A DNA stretch of 64,000 nt from an uncultured Alphaproteobacteria bacterium (GCA_902563505.1 CACEXK010000003.1:110318-174317), one strand, 5' to 3'; shown: positions 10,450 through 20,771, counted from the stretch's first letter. Translations and numbers: made by a program. The notes: a model not told the origin generated them from the letters alone.

Positions 10450-10752
10450 TTTTTTTCTCCTTTCTTTTTCTCAAGTTTTCTCTTAGTGCCCTTGCAAGTT
10501 TTTTATCTGAATCGTTTTTATTCTTAATCATCTTTTTTTCGAATTTTATATTTATCAATTATTAACTAAAAAGATTTGTTAAACTGCCACTTTTTGCTTA
10601 CTTGCATACTATACTGAATAAATTTCTATATTGCTAATGGAATTAAGAATCAGCGAAAACAGAAGATTTTTTATAAAACCTTATTAGTTAATACTTTAGT
10701 TAAGTAAAGATTCTATCTTTTTTTTTTTTTAAAATATTGATATAAAGTATTT

Positions 10753-12372
10753 ATGAAAGAAATTATATGGGGAAGATATTCTTTACTAGTTTATACCGGA
10801 ATATTAACTCTTTTCTCTCTAGTTTTACTTTTTTATATTCCAGCATTAATTTTATTTTTTTTGCCTAGTGCAGTTTTGTTTGCAATTTGTTTAAAAGATT
10901 TTCTTCAAAAGAAAAGGTCTGTACTTTCAAACTTCCCATTATTAGGGAGATTTAGGTTTTTTTTGGAAAGCATAAGACCTGAGCTGAGGCAATACTATTG
11001 GGAGTCTGATGATGACGAAGTTCCATATTCAAGAAATCAAAGAAGTATGGTTTATCAACGGTCTAAAAATGAAGGAGGAGTTAGACCTTTTGGATCTCTA
11101 GAAAAATTTTATGAAAATGACTTCGTTTGGCTAAATCACTCAATATCACCCTCCAACATTAAATCACAAAACTTCAGAACCAAAGTTGGCGTAGGGAAAA
11201 ATGCCTATGAAATGTCTGTTCTTAATATTTCTGGCACATCATTTGGAGCAATTTCACCTCCAGCAATTACCTCCTTGAATAAGGCTGCAAGTATTGGAGG
11301 TTTTGCTCACAATACTGGTGAAGGCTCTCTCTCTTCTTATCATGAAGATGGTGGTGGTGATGCAATTTGGCAGATATCCACAGGATATTTTGGTTGTCGG
11401 GATAAAAAAGGAAATTTTTGTTCAAAGACTTTTTCTGAAAAAGCAAAAAAGAATCAAGTAAAGATGATTGAAATAAAATTAAGTCAAGGTGCAAAACCTG
11501 GACATGGCGGAATGCTTTTGGCACCAAAAGTTACTCCAGAAATTGCTAAAACTAGAGGTATAGCAATTGGAGTTGACTGTATTTCACCTTCACATCATAA
11601 AGAGTTTTCAAATCCTATTGAACTTTTAAATTTTGTTGAGAAACTTAAAAAATTATCAGGCAACAAACCAGTTGGAATAAAAATGTGCGTTGGTCACCCA
11701 TGGGAATTAATTTCAATTGTTAAGACGATGGTTCAAACAAAAAAAATAATTGATTTTATAACTGTAGATGGGTCTGAAGGAGGAACAGGTGCAGCTCCGG
11801 TTGAGTTTACTGATCACATTGGTTGTCCCTTGAAAGACGCCCTAGTTTTTGTAGATAATGCACTTATTGGGGCTAATTTGAGAGATAGAGTGAAAATTGG
11901 TGCTTCAGGAAAAGTTGTTTCAGCATTTGATATTGCTCATATATGTGCATTAGGAGCAGACTGGGTGAATATGGCAAGACCCTTCATGTTTTCGATCGGA
12001 TGTATTCAATGTAGATCTTGTCATACCGGTGAATGCCCAACAGGTATAGCCACAATGGATCCAATGAGATACAGAGCTATAGACATTGAAGATAGATCTA
12101 TTAGAGCTGCTAATTTTCATAAAAACACACTATTTGTTTTAAAAGAATTACTAGAATCTGTTGGTGTAAATCATCCATGTGAATTAAACAGAAGGCATAT
12201 TGTCAGAAGATTGTCAGAAAGTGAGATAAGACTGGCTGATCAAATTTATCCTCGGGCTGAAAAAGGAGAATTGTTAAAGAAAGGAAAGAAAAATATTTTG
12301 GATCCAAGATTAAATGTTTATTGGAATAAGGTATCATCAAAAAGTTTTAACTATTTGCCTGGTTCAATTTAG
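10753..12372 (+). CDS. FMN-binding glutamate synthase family protein (GltB domain 2-like) with N-terminal TM helices
   Basis: GAKPGHGG ... GSEGGTGAAP ... CIQCRSCHTGECPTG motifs of the glutamate synthase FMN domain. Hydrophobic N-terminus. Confidence 0.8.
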   Translation: MKEIIWGRYSLLVYTGILTLFSLVLLFYIPALILFFLPSAVLFAICLKDFLQKKRSVLSNFPLLGRFRFFLESIRPELRQYYWESDDDEVPYSRNQRSMVYQRSKNEGGVRPFGSLEKFYENDFVWLNHSISPSNIKSQNFRTKVGVGKNAYEMSVLNISGTSFGAISPPAITSLNKAASIGGFAHNTGEGSLSSYHEDGGGDAIWQISTGYFGCRDKKGNFCSKTFSEKAKKNQVKMIEIKLSQGAKPGHGGMLLAPKVTPEIAKTRGIAIGVDCISPSHHKEFSNPIELLNFVEKLKKLSGNKPVGIKMCVGHPWELISIVKTMVQTKKIIDFITVDGSEGGTGAAPVEFTDHIGCPLKDALVFVDNALIGANLRDRVKIGASGKVVSAFDIAHICALGADWVNMARPFMFSIGCIQCRSCHTGECPTGIATMDPMRYRAIDIEDRSIRAANFHKNTLFVLKELLESVGVNHPCELNRRHIVRRLSESEIRLADQIYPRAEKGELLKKGKKNILDPRLNVYWNKVSSKSFNYLPGSI

Positions 12373-12488
12373 AAAACCCTAAAACTTTGTAAATTATAAT
12401 TTAAACCAGAAAAGGAATAATATGTATTTCAAAAAAAATTTAGAATTTGAAAAACTATTTAGTTTGAGTATGGAAATTATAAGAAATA

Positions 12489-12562
12489 GCCCTCTTAGTT
12501 TAATAGTAAAACAGGGTCTTGGTAAGACTCAGCCACTGGAGCGTAACCAGTAGAGGGCACCA
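12489..12562 (+). tRNA. tRNA-Thr(GGU)-like gene with non-canonical D and T loops. CCA is encoded and the 3' end lies 2 nt before the symporter start codon.
   Basis: Acceptor GCCCTCT/AGAGGGC, U8 A9, D-stem GTTT/AAAC, anticodon stem GGGTC/GACTC, loop TTGGTAA (GGT), T-stem ACTGG/CCAGT, discriminator A, CCA. The T-loop is AGCGTAA instead of TTCRANY, and the D-loop lacks GG. Confidence 0.55.
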
Positions 12563-12564
12563 GG

Positions 12565-13776
12565 ATGATGAAAAACTTAACACAAAAAATTTTCTTTGGT
12601 TTCATTTTAGGAATTTTATTTGGAATTTTGCTAGGCTCAATTTCTTTACCATTTAACTTTAATCAGAAGATTATTTCAACTATCGGATTTGGTGGTGATG
12701 TTTTTCTTAAAACTATAAAAATGCTTGTCGTACCAATAGTCTTTTTTTCTCTCATAAATGGTGTGGCAAATTTAAATAATATTGGCTCACTAGGTAGGAT
12801 AGGAATTAAATCAATATCTATTTACATAACTACTACCTTTTTGGCAATAACCATTTCATTATTTTTTGCCAATTTAATTAATCCTGGAAAGGCATTGGAT
12901 ACAAATTTTGACACCGCAAATCTTGAAGTTTCTGATCCTCCTTCCTTTTTTGATATCCTATTAAATATAATTCCTGCTAATCCTTTTCAATCGTTAGTAG
13001 AAGGAGAAATGCTTCAAGTCATTTTTTTTGCAATTTTAATTGGGAGTGCATTATCGATGTCAAAAAAAGGTGGTGGTTTAAAAAAATTTTTTTTTGATTT
13101 TAACGAAATAATTATGAAGATTCTCTCAATTGTTATGATAATCGCGCCGATAGGTATCTTCTGTTTGATTGCAAAAACTTTTGCAACTCAGGGACTTTCA
13201 TCAATCTTAGAATTATTTAAATATTTTTTTTTAGTTATAGTTGTCCTGCTAATTCATGTAGTATTTGTTTACTTACCTATTGTTAAATTCATAGGAAAAA
13301 TAAGTTACAAAAAGTTTTTCGTTGGTATTAAAGAAGCTTTATTATTTGCATTTTCAACTTCAAGTAGTAGTGCAACAATACCAATCACATTAGAATGTTT
13401 GAAAAAAAACTTTGCAATTAGACAAAATGTAGCCTCATTTACAGTTCCGCTAGGAGCAACAATTAATATGGATGGAACCGCTATAATGCAGGGAGTAGCA
13501 ACTGTATTCATTGCTAATTTATACGGAATTGATTTATTTTTTTATGATTATCTTTCAATAATTCTTACAGCAACATTGGCATCCATAGGTACTGCTGGTG
13601 TTCCAGGTGTTGGTATAATAATGTTAGGTATGGTTTTAAGTCAGGTTGGATTACCTCTAGAAGGAATTGCAATTGTCATGGGCGTAGATAGATTTCTGGA
13701 TATGCTAAGAACATCCGTAAATATATCTGGTGATGCAATGGTTTCAATAATTGTCAATAAAACAGAGAAAAAATGA
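12565..13776 (+). CDS. Dicarboxylate/amino acid:cation symporter (GltP/DctA, DAACS family)
   Basis: 403 aa polytopic membrane protein with SLC1-family motifs (SSSSATIP, NMDGTA, the hairpin HP2 region GVPGVG). Confidence 0.85.
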   Translation: MMKNLTQKIFFGFILGILFGILLGSISLPFNFNQKIISTIGFGGDVFLKTIKMLVVPIVFFSLINGVANLNNIGSLGRIGIKSISIYITTTFLAITISLFFANLINPGKALDTNFDTANLEVSDPPSFFDILLNIIPANPFQSLVEGEMLQVIFFAILIGSALSMSKKGGGLKKFFFDFNEIIMKILSIVMIIAPIGIFCLIAKTFATQGLSSILELFKYFFLVIVVLLIHVVFVYLPIVKFIGKISYKKFFVGIKEALLFAFSTSSSSATIPITLECLKKNFAIRQNVASFTVPLGATINMDGTAIMQGVATVFIANLYGIDLFFYDYLSIILTATLASIGTAGVPGVGIIMLGMVLSQVGLPLEGIAIVMGVDRFLDMLRTSVNISGDAMVSIIVNKTEKK

Positions 13777-13949
13777 GATGGTATGAGGTAGAATTAGAAA
13801 TGCCTATTCTTGGAAAGAACATTGAAATGGTTCAAGCTATTGACCGTGAAAGTGCTAAAATTATTGCCATAAGAAAGACTGGAATAAATTATAATTTTAG
13901 TAAAGAAAATATATTTGTAACAAAGGTTAAACAAATTAAAGTTTAAAAT
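13773..13949 (+). CDS. Small ORF of 58 aa, coupled by ATGA to the symporter stop
   Basis: MRWYEVELEMPILGKNIEMVQAIDRESAKIIAIRKTGINYNFSKENIFVTKVKQIKV. Its ATG overlaps the symporter TGA. It is below the length cutoff of the supplied ORF track. Confidence 0.3.
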
Positions 13950-15276
13950 TTATTTTTCTTCCTAAAGGCTTTGAAATAATTTGCTGATCAGATACTACAA
14001 TACTTCCATTAACAATTGTAAATATTGGAATACCTTGAACTGTAAAATTATCATAAGGCGTCCATTTCGATTTACTTTGTATCCATTTATTGGAAATTTT
14101 AAACTTCTTTTTCATATCTATAATTGCTAAGTCTGCATCATAGCCAATTTTTATTTCACCTTTATCTACGACCTTATATATTTTACAAGGATTCTTACAA
14201 ACCATTCTTACAAGATCAAATATTGATAATTTACCTTGATTAACAAAATTTAGCATAATTGGTAATAATGTCTGAACACCCGTCATTCCTGATGGTGAAT
14301 TTGGGTATTTTTTTTTTTTTTCATCCAAAGTATGTGGAGCATGGTCAGATCCAATTACATCAATTACACCCCTTGACACACCATCCCATAAACCTTCATT
14401 ATGAGTTTTGTCTCTTATTGGTGGGTTCATTTGTGCTAGAGTACCTATGCTTTGATAACAGTCTGGTGAAATAAAAAAAAGATGTTGTGGAGTAACTTCA
14501 CATGTAGCTATATCCTTATTTGATTCCAGTAAAGATACTTCATCAGCCGTTGATAAATGAAGAATATGAATTTTTTTTTTTGCTTTTCTTGCTGCACTCA
14601 AAAGTCTTTTTGTACTTACAACTGCAGATGTAACATCTCTTATTTTTGGATGATCAGAAACTTTAATTTGTTTTTTTGAAAATAATTCTTTTCTCTCTCT
14701 TAGTCGGTATTCATCTTCACTATGAATAGCAATCATTTTTTTTACTTTTTTTAAAATTTTTTTAATATTTTCATCGTCTTCAACCAAAAGGTCACCAGTT
14801 GAAGAACCCATAAAAATCTTTATACCACAACAACCGGGTGTTTTTTCTAATTCATTTAATTCATAAACATTTTCTTTGGTTGCACCAATGAAAAAACTAA
14901 AATTACAAAAACTATTTTTACTTGCTATATTAATTTTTTTTTCAAATTCATTTTCATTAATCGTAGGTGGATTAGTATTTGGCATTTCAAAAATAGAAGT
15001 TGTTCCACCAAGAACTGCTCCTCTTGTTCCATGGTAAATATCTTCTTTGTGCGTAAGACCAGGTTCTCTGAAATGAACTTGAGTATCAATCGCTCCAGGT
15101 AAAACTAAAAGACCATTTATTTTTAAAATTTTCGTTGCTGATTTTCTTGATAAATCACCTAACATAGCAATTTTTGAGTCGATGATCCCTATATCCATTT
15201 TTTCAATCTTTGAATTAGGGAGCACCACTTCGCCTCCCAATAAGATTAAATCATAATTGTCTAGAATATTTTTCAT
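13936..15276 (-). CDS. pyrC: Dihydroorotase (cyclic amidohydrolase family)
   Basis: The metal-binding motif DTQVHFREPG (DxHVHxR) and 446 aa length match the multimeric-type dihydroorotase/allantoinase fold. Confidence 0.75.
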   Translation of the reverse strand: MKNILDNYDLILLGGEVVLPNSKIEKMDIGIIDSKIAMLGDLSRKSATKILKINGLLVLPGAIDTQVHFREPGLTHKEDIYHGTRGAVLGGTTSIFEMPNTNPPTINENEFEKKINIASKNSFCNFSFFIGATKENVYELNELEKTPGCCGIKIFMGSSTGDLLVEDDENIKKILKKVKKMIAIHSEDEYRLRERKELFSKKQIKVSDHPKIRDVTSAVVSTKRLLSAARKAKKKIHILHLSTADEVSLLESNKDIATCEVTPQHLFFISPDCYQSIGTLAQMNPPIRDKTHNEGLWDGVSRGVIDVIGSDHAPHTLDEKKKKYPNSPSGMTGVQTLLPIMLNFVNQGKLSIFDLVRMVCKNPCKIYKVVDKGEIKIGYDADLAIIDMKKKFKISNKWIQSKSKWTPYDNFTVQGIPIFTIVNGSIVVSDQQIISKPLGRKINFKL

Positions 15277-15278
15277 AA

Positions 15279-17012
15279 CTAGGAATACTCCGAAATAATT
15301 TCAAAAAAATTCCCATCTTTTTTTGGATTCTTTTCATTCATACAATACCATATAGAAAAAAAAATTATATTCCACAAAGGTCTAGCAAACTTTTTATTGT
15401 ATTTCACATTTCTACACATAATTATAATATCTTCTCTTTTTATAAATTCATTCAAGATTTGAACTTTAGGAAGTAACTGTTCTAGAATATTTGCTTTTTC
15501 AGAGATCCATTCTGCAATTGGAATTGTAAAACCTTCTTTCTTGGAAAATGAGTTATAATTTTTTATCCTTTTAGACAAGAATTTCCTTATAAAGTATTTA
15601 CCAAAACCTTTATTTATTTTTTCTTTATCATTTATATAGAAAAATTTTTCAAAAAGTTCTTTGTCTATTAATGGTGTCCTTCCCTCCATACCAAATGTCA
15701 TTAAACATCTATCAAGCTTAACAAGAAGATCATTTGGAAGCCAGTTTTCAAAATCAAAAGCTTGGAATCTTTGTAGTCTCGTAAGATTATTGTATTTATC
15801 TTTAAATTTTTTTAACTCAAAATCCCATTCACTATTTCTAAATAATTTCAAATCTTCAAAAGCACCTTTATAATACTTTCTTTTTAATAATCTCATTTTT
15901 GATCTATATCTTCCATACCCACCAAATAATTCATCTCCTCCTTCGCCAGTTAAAGCAACTTTAAAATTTTTTGATGCTTCTGATGCAAGTTTAAATGTTG
16001 GGATTATTGCATAGTCAGCGACTGGTTCATCTATATTTTTTGCTGCAAAAGGTAACAAATCCCAAAAATCTTTTTTTGAAAAAAAAATTTCATTAAAATC
16101 GATATTGAAATCCTTTGTAATTTGATTCATTGGACCTTTTTCATTTTCACTTTGCCCATCGATAGAAATTTTATAGGCGGTGTTTTTTTTTTTCAAATTA
16201 AGAATATGCATAAAATACATGATCAAAATCGAGTCGATTCCACCTGAAAAAAACAAACAATAAGGTACATCACTGCGCAAATGGTTTGAAACGCTATCTA
16301 AAATAGCTTCATGAATATATTCATCATTGATACTTTTTAAATTTTTATTTTCCTTAAATAAAACATTTATTAAACTTTTTTTTATCCTACCATTCTCCAG
16401 AACAATTAACTCACCGGGTCTTAATCTCTGAATCCCATTATAAATTGTATGTTTTCCTGAGGAATACTGTAACTGAAGAGTTTCTGAAAGTTTTTTATTG
16501 CATATATTTAGTTTACTGAAATTTATATTTTTTAATGCACTTATTTCAGAACTAAAAATTATACCATCCTCCAATAAAGAAAAATATAATGGTTTAATTC
16601 CAAAAATATCTCTACTCAGGATTAATATTTTTTTTTTTTTATCATACAAAGCAAAAGCATACATTCCTCTTAATTTTTCAAAACCAGAAATTCCAAATTC
16701 AGAGTAAACTGCAATTATTGATTCTGAATCTGATTTAGATTTGTATGAATATTTTTTTATTTTTTTTCTAATTTCTAGATCATTATAAATTTCTCCATTA
16801 GCTATCAGAACAAATTCATCATTTTGAATAGGTTGATTTCCTCCTTTTAAATCTACAATAGATAATCTTGTATGAATAAGTTTTATACATTTATCAGTGA
16901 ACGAACCCGATGAGTCTGGTCCTCTGTGCGATAATATTTTTTCCATTCTTGAGATTTTATTAATTATTCTCTTATCTGGTTTTTTTAGAAAAACTCCTGC
17001 TATACCACACAT
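15279..17012 (-). CDS. asnB: Asparagine synthase (glutamine-hydrolysing), polysaccharide-cluster type
   Basis: MCGIAG N-terminal nucleophile, PP-loop SGGIDS. 577 aa. Located in a glycosyltransferase cluster. Confidence 0.85.
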   Translation of the reverse strand: MCGIAGVFLKKPDKRIINKISRMEKILSHRGPDSSGSFTDKCIKLIHTRLSIVDLKGGNQPIQNDEFVLIANGEIYNDLEIRKKIKKYSYKSKSDSESIIAVYSEFGISGFEKLRGMYAFALYDKKKKILILSRDIFGIKPLYFSLLEDGIIFSSEISALKNINFSKLNICNKKLSETLQLQYSSGKHTIYNGIQRLRPGELIVLENGRIKKSLINVLFKENKNLKSINDEYIHEAILDSVSNHLRSDVPYCLFFSGGIDSILIMYFMHILNLKKKNTAYKISIDGQSENEKGPMNQITKDFNIDFNEIFFSKKDFWDLLPFAAKNIDEPVADYAIIPTFKLASEASKNFKVALTGEGGDELFGGYGRYRSKMRLLKRKYYKGAFEDLKLFRNSEWDFELKKFKDKYNNLTRLQRFQAFDFENWLPNDLLVKLDRCLMTFGMEGRTPLIDKELFEKFFYINDKEKINKGFGKYFIRKFLSKRIKNYNSFSKKEGFTIPIAEWISEKANILEQLLPKVQILNEFIKREDIIIMCRNVKYNKKFARPLWNIIFFSIWYCMNEKNPKKDGNFFEIISEYS

Positions 17013-18070
17013 TATTTTGATATTTTTTTAAAAAAATTTATATATTTATCAATGATTATTTCCTCAGAGTAAAGAGATTTATACTGATCGAATCCATTTT
17101 TGATAATTTTTTTTTTTAATTTAATATTTTTATCAATCTTATTTATTTGTTCCACTAAATCAAAATAATCTTCATTTCTAAATTTAAGCCCATTTATTTT
17201 ATTCTTTACTATTACTCTTGGACCACCAACATCAGATACAACTACCGGCAATTTATGAGCCCAGCCATCCACAATAACATTGCCAAATGGTTCATGTCTT
17301 GAAGGACACACTAAAACATCAGCTGAATTTAAATATTGTGAAACATTATTAGTCCATTCAAAAAAAAATACTCTATTTTCAATTTTTTGCTTTTTAATTA
17401 CATTGTCATAATGTTCTCGTTCTTTTCCTTTTCCAACAATCCATAATTCATGGTTAGGTAAAAAAGTCATTCCCTTCAAAAGTAGATCTATTCCTTTGTT
17501 TTTATGGAATCTTCCCATGCACAAAACAATTTTCTTTTCTGATTTAGATTTAATAATGCTATTATTATTTTTATTAACAAAATTAGGTATAAATTCGACT
17601 TTACTTTGATCCCAACCAAAGTCTAAAACATATCTTTTTAAGTCTAGGGTGTTAGTAATTAAGTAATCACAATTTACATAATTTTTTATTTTGTAATATC
17701 CTCCGAGTCTCCCTACAGTTCTAAAATTCGAGTTATTATCACGAGGCAAAATCCTTGAGGCCCTATTCATCCAAGTAAGAATAATATTTGGTTTAAATTC
17801 ATTAATTATTTTTTTAATTCTAAAGTGACAAAAAGGATTGAAGAAGTAAAAGTACTTTATTTCATTTATATCTTTGATAAAGGAATTCAGAAATGAAAAT
17901 CTTGATGAATTTTTCCGGATAATTAATTTTTGACTAATACCTCTTTTTTTTTCAATCCCAATTGCTAATCTCTCAAAAAATTTTTCTGCACCACCATCTT
18001 TTGAACCACCCAAGATATTTAAAATTCTCAATCTATTATTCTTTTCCATTCTTGTGCTACTTCTGACCAT
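17012..18070 (-). CDS. Glycosyltransferase family 4 (GT-B, RfaG-like)
   Basis: C-terminal GT1/GT4 motif (EPFGNVIVDGWAHKLPVVVSDVGG). Confidence 0.75.
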   Translation of the reverse strand: MVRSSTRMEKNNRLRILNILGGSKDGGAEKFFERLAIGIEKKRGISQKLIIRKNSSRFSFLNSFIKDINEIKYFYFFNPFCHFRIKKIINEFKPNIILTWMNRASRILPRDNNSNFRTVGRLGGYYKIKNYVNCDYLITNTLDLKRYVLDFGWDQSKVEFIPNFVNKNNNSIIKSKSEKKIVLCMGRFHKNKGIDLLLKGMTFLPNHELWIVGKGKEREHYDNVIKKQKIENRVFFFEWTNNVSQYLNSADVLVCPSRHEPFGNVIVDGWAHKLPVVVSDVGGPRVIVKNKINGLKFRNEDYFDLVEQINKIDKNIKLKKKIIKNGFDQYKSLYSEEIIIDKYINFFKKISK

Positions 18071-19074
18071 GAGAGATGATTGTTATCTTTAATTAAATTT
18101 TTATGCATTCTCATCCAAATATCATCATCATTCAAGATATTTATAGTATTATAACTGAATTCTTTTTCATCCTGACAAACAAACCCTGAAATATTATCCT
18201 GTATTCTTTCCTCCAATGACCCAAACTTACAAACCACTGCAGGTGTTCCAATTACCTGAGATTCTGCCGCAGACATACAAAAAGTTTCCTCTTTACTACC
18301 CTGATACAAAAATACCCGAGACTCAGCTATTTTTCTAAAAAGTTTTTTTCTATTAACTGGTGGATTCAATGAAACACCTTTACACTCCAATGATTTTGCT
18401 CTTTTTAAAATTTCAGAAATTCTTTTAGAATGTTTTTCACCAAATTTTCCATATGTTTCTGTACCGGTAAATAAAAACAACTTTGCTTTTTCTACTTTAG
18501 GGAAAATTTCGTATTCCCAACGATCCAATAGCCAATTTAAGCCGCGCATTGGGTTTGATGTAAAAATTGCTAATGGTTTTGGTGCTTTTATTTTTTTTGA
18601 ACTTTTAAATAAAGAATTATCTACTCCATAGGGTATTACAATTCTTTCTTTAGAAGGTGCCCACCATGGATAAGTTTTTTCATGATAATTGCTAGAAAAA
18701 ATTATTTTAAACTTATTAAAAAAAAGTTTTGAAATGTACCTATATTTGATTAAATATCTTGCTGGATTATGAATCCAAAAAAACCTGTTTTTACAACTTT
18801 TTTTAAAATTTAAAAATTTATCTCCTCTATTAACAATTAATACATCAAACTTTTCAGTATTAATTCTCTCATCAAGTTTTTTCCAATTCACATTTTTTAT
18901 ACAACCTTCATTTCTACAGTTATTGTAGACTACCACTTCATAGTTTAATTTTGCAAGTTCCTCGACTAGAGAAACAAAAGCTACCTCAGCTCCACCCAAT
19001 GGTCTTCTTCTATAGACCTCGGAATCAAATTCAATACCATTATCTATGAATAGTAATTTAGTCATGTAACTCAA
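18028..19074 (-). CDS. Glycosyltransferase family 4-like
   Basis: GT-B fold features (AESQVIGTPAVV). Overlaps the downstream GT by 43 nt. Confidence 0.65.
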   Translation of the reverse strand: MSYMTKLLFIDNGIEFDSEVYRRRPLGGAEVAFVSLVEELAKLNYEVVVYNNCRNEGCIKNVNWKKLDERINTEKFDVLIVNRGDKFLNFKKSCKNRFFWIHNPARYLIKYRYISKLFFNKFKIIFSSNYHEKTYPWWAPSKERIVIPYGVDNSLFKSSKKIKAPKPLAIFTSNPMRGLNWLLDRWEYEIFPKVEKAKLFLFTGTETYGKFGEKHSKRISEILKRAKSLECKGVSLNPPVNRKKLFRKIAESRVFLYQGSKEETFCMSAAESQVIGTPAVVCKFGSLEERIQDNISGFVCQDEKEFSYNTINILNDDDIWMRMHKNLIKDNNHLSWSEVAQEWKRIID

Positions 19075-19813
19075 TTTTATATTTTAAATATGATATTAGA
19101 GGATATAAAGATGCAACTACGGCTATAACGAAACCTACTTTTTTTTCTTTATATCCCTTTCTCAGAAAAAAACACTTCCAGAATCTTGAGAATAATCTTC
19201 TAATATTTTTTAACAGTGATTCAGAGTTTTTTGATTCTTTTAAATCAATTGCCCTTGCAGTTGAATAATTATCTAATTTAATTATTAAATCTGATATTGA
19301 TTTACAATAAAAATGATTCAATTTATTTTTCAAGTCTTGACCTTTTTTCCCATTCATAACTATTTTTGGATGTACTCTTTGTTTTCCCCATTTTTTTACA
19401 TTTTTTCTAAACAACCCTGAATAAGCAGATTTACCAAAATAAGCTCCCCAACCATAATTAATAACTTCGCTACCTAAAAAATTATTAACTTTAATTAAAT
19501 GCCAATCATATTTACTTGTATTTATGATTTTGAAAATTTCATTCTTAAGCATAATTGGAACTCTTTCATCTGCATCAATTTCAAGAATCCATTCATTTTT
19601 ACATTTTTTTAAACCATAATTTCTTCTATCACCCTCAATTTCCCATGAACCAGAAAAGGTATTTTTTGTATATTTTTTTGCAATTTTTTTTGAATTATCG
19701 GTACATTTATCTAAAATGACTATAATTTCATCTGCAAAACTTATAGTTTCAAGACAATCTTTAAGTTGTTTTTCTTCATTATGAACAATAATGAGTGCAG
19801 ATAATTTATTCAT
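19058..19813 (-). CDS. Glycosyltransferase family 2 (LPS-core type)
   Basis: ALIIVHNEE ... ILDKCTDNS ... EIDADE motifs. Confidence 0.75.
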   Translation of the reverse strand: MNKLSALIIVHNEEKQLKDCLETISFADEIIVILDKCTDNSKKIAKKYTKNTFSGSWEIEGDRRNYGLKKCKNEWILEIDADERVPIMLKNEIFKIINTSKYDWHLIKVNNFLGSEVINYGWGAYFGKSAYSGLFRKNVKKWGKQRVHPKIVMNGKKGQDLKNKLNHFYCKSISDLIIKLDNYSTARAIDLKESKNSESLLKNIRRLFSRFWKCFFLRKGYKEKKVGFVIAVVASLYPLISYLKYKIELHD

Positions 19814-19814
19814 A

Positions 19815-20771
19815 TTATTTTTTTATAAAATTCATTATTTTCTTTAATACATAATTAACATCAATATCCAACATAAGTGAACCAATATTTTTTGGATCAA
19901 AGCCTTTAAAACCCATAAGTTGTTGATAAGTTTTTGGACTTTTAATTGCCAATGTTTTTTCTCCCCACGGATGATATTTCTTTGAATCGCTCGGACCAAA
20001 AAGCCCAACTGTTGGAACTTTTGCTAACGCAGCAAGATGCATAAGTCCTGAATCATTCCCAATAAACAATTTTGATTCTTTCATTATTAGAAATATCTCT
20101 GCTAAATTTGTTTTCCCAACTAAATTATATAATAATGAATTATTTATCCTGAACAATTTTGAAATATGCGCCTTTTCTTCTTGAGAGCCAACAATTACAA
20201 AATAAGATTTTTTAAACTTTTTACTTTTTTGTATTTTATCAATTAACTCTGAAAATCTTTCTATTGGCCAAATTTTTCCAACCCAATTTGCACTTGGAGC
20301 AATAACAATAATCTCATGTCGAGCTTTAAGTTTTTTTATATTATTTAGATGATATTTCTTTAAAACTAAATTCTCATTAAAGTTGATAAAGGGTTCTAAT
20401 TTTTTTTTATTAAAAATTTTTGAAACTCTTTGAACAATGTGATCATCAGATGTTTTTTTTTGCCTAAAAATAAATCTTCTATTTGAAATCAAAAAATAAC
20501 TAATTGCACTTCCACGAAGATCAACAACATAATCCCATTTCTTAAAAAAAGTCAAAAACCATAAATAAATCCAATGAATAGATTTTTTTCTTTTTTTTAA
20601 AACAATAATCTCATCAATATTTTTACAAAATTCAAACAATTTAGAGGGCATTGGACCGCATACAAATGTTATATGAGATTTTGGAGACAAATCTCTAATA
20701 TATTTACAAACCCCTGATGTAAGAAGGCAATCACCTAATCTATTGGAAGAAATTATTAAAATCTTTTTCAT
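19815..20771 (-). CDS. Glycosyltransferase family 9 (ADP-heptose:LPS heptosyltransferase-like)
   Basis: MKKILIISSNRLGDCLLTSGV N-terminus and C-terminal GNDSGLMHLAAL motif typical of RfaF/RfaC. Confidence 0.8.
   Translation of the reverse strand: MKKILIISSNRLGDCLLTSGVCKYIRDLSPKSHITFVCGPMPSKLFEFCKNIDEIIVLKKRKKSIHWIYLWFLTFFKKWDYVVDLRGSAISYFLISNRRFIFRQKKTSDDHIVQRVSKIFNKKKLEPFINFNENLVLKKYHLNNIKKLKARHEIIVIAPSANWVGKIWPIERFSELIDKIQKSKKFKKSYFVIVGSQEEKAHISKLFRINNSLLYNLVGKTNLAEIFLIMKESKLFIGNDSGLMHLAALAKVPTVGLFGPSDSKKYHPWGEKTLAIKSPKTYQQLMGFKGFDPKNIGSLMLDIDVNYVLKKIMNFIKK

Noticed and set aside
10450-10752. 300-nt intergenic region between dcd and the GltB-like gene, considered as a possible riboswitch or sRNA
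   Set aside because: I could not recognise a conserved riboswitch core such as the glycine, SAM or TPP motifs. It looks like ordinary AT-rich divergent promoter DNA with a T13 tract.
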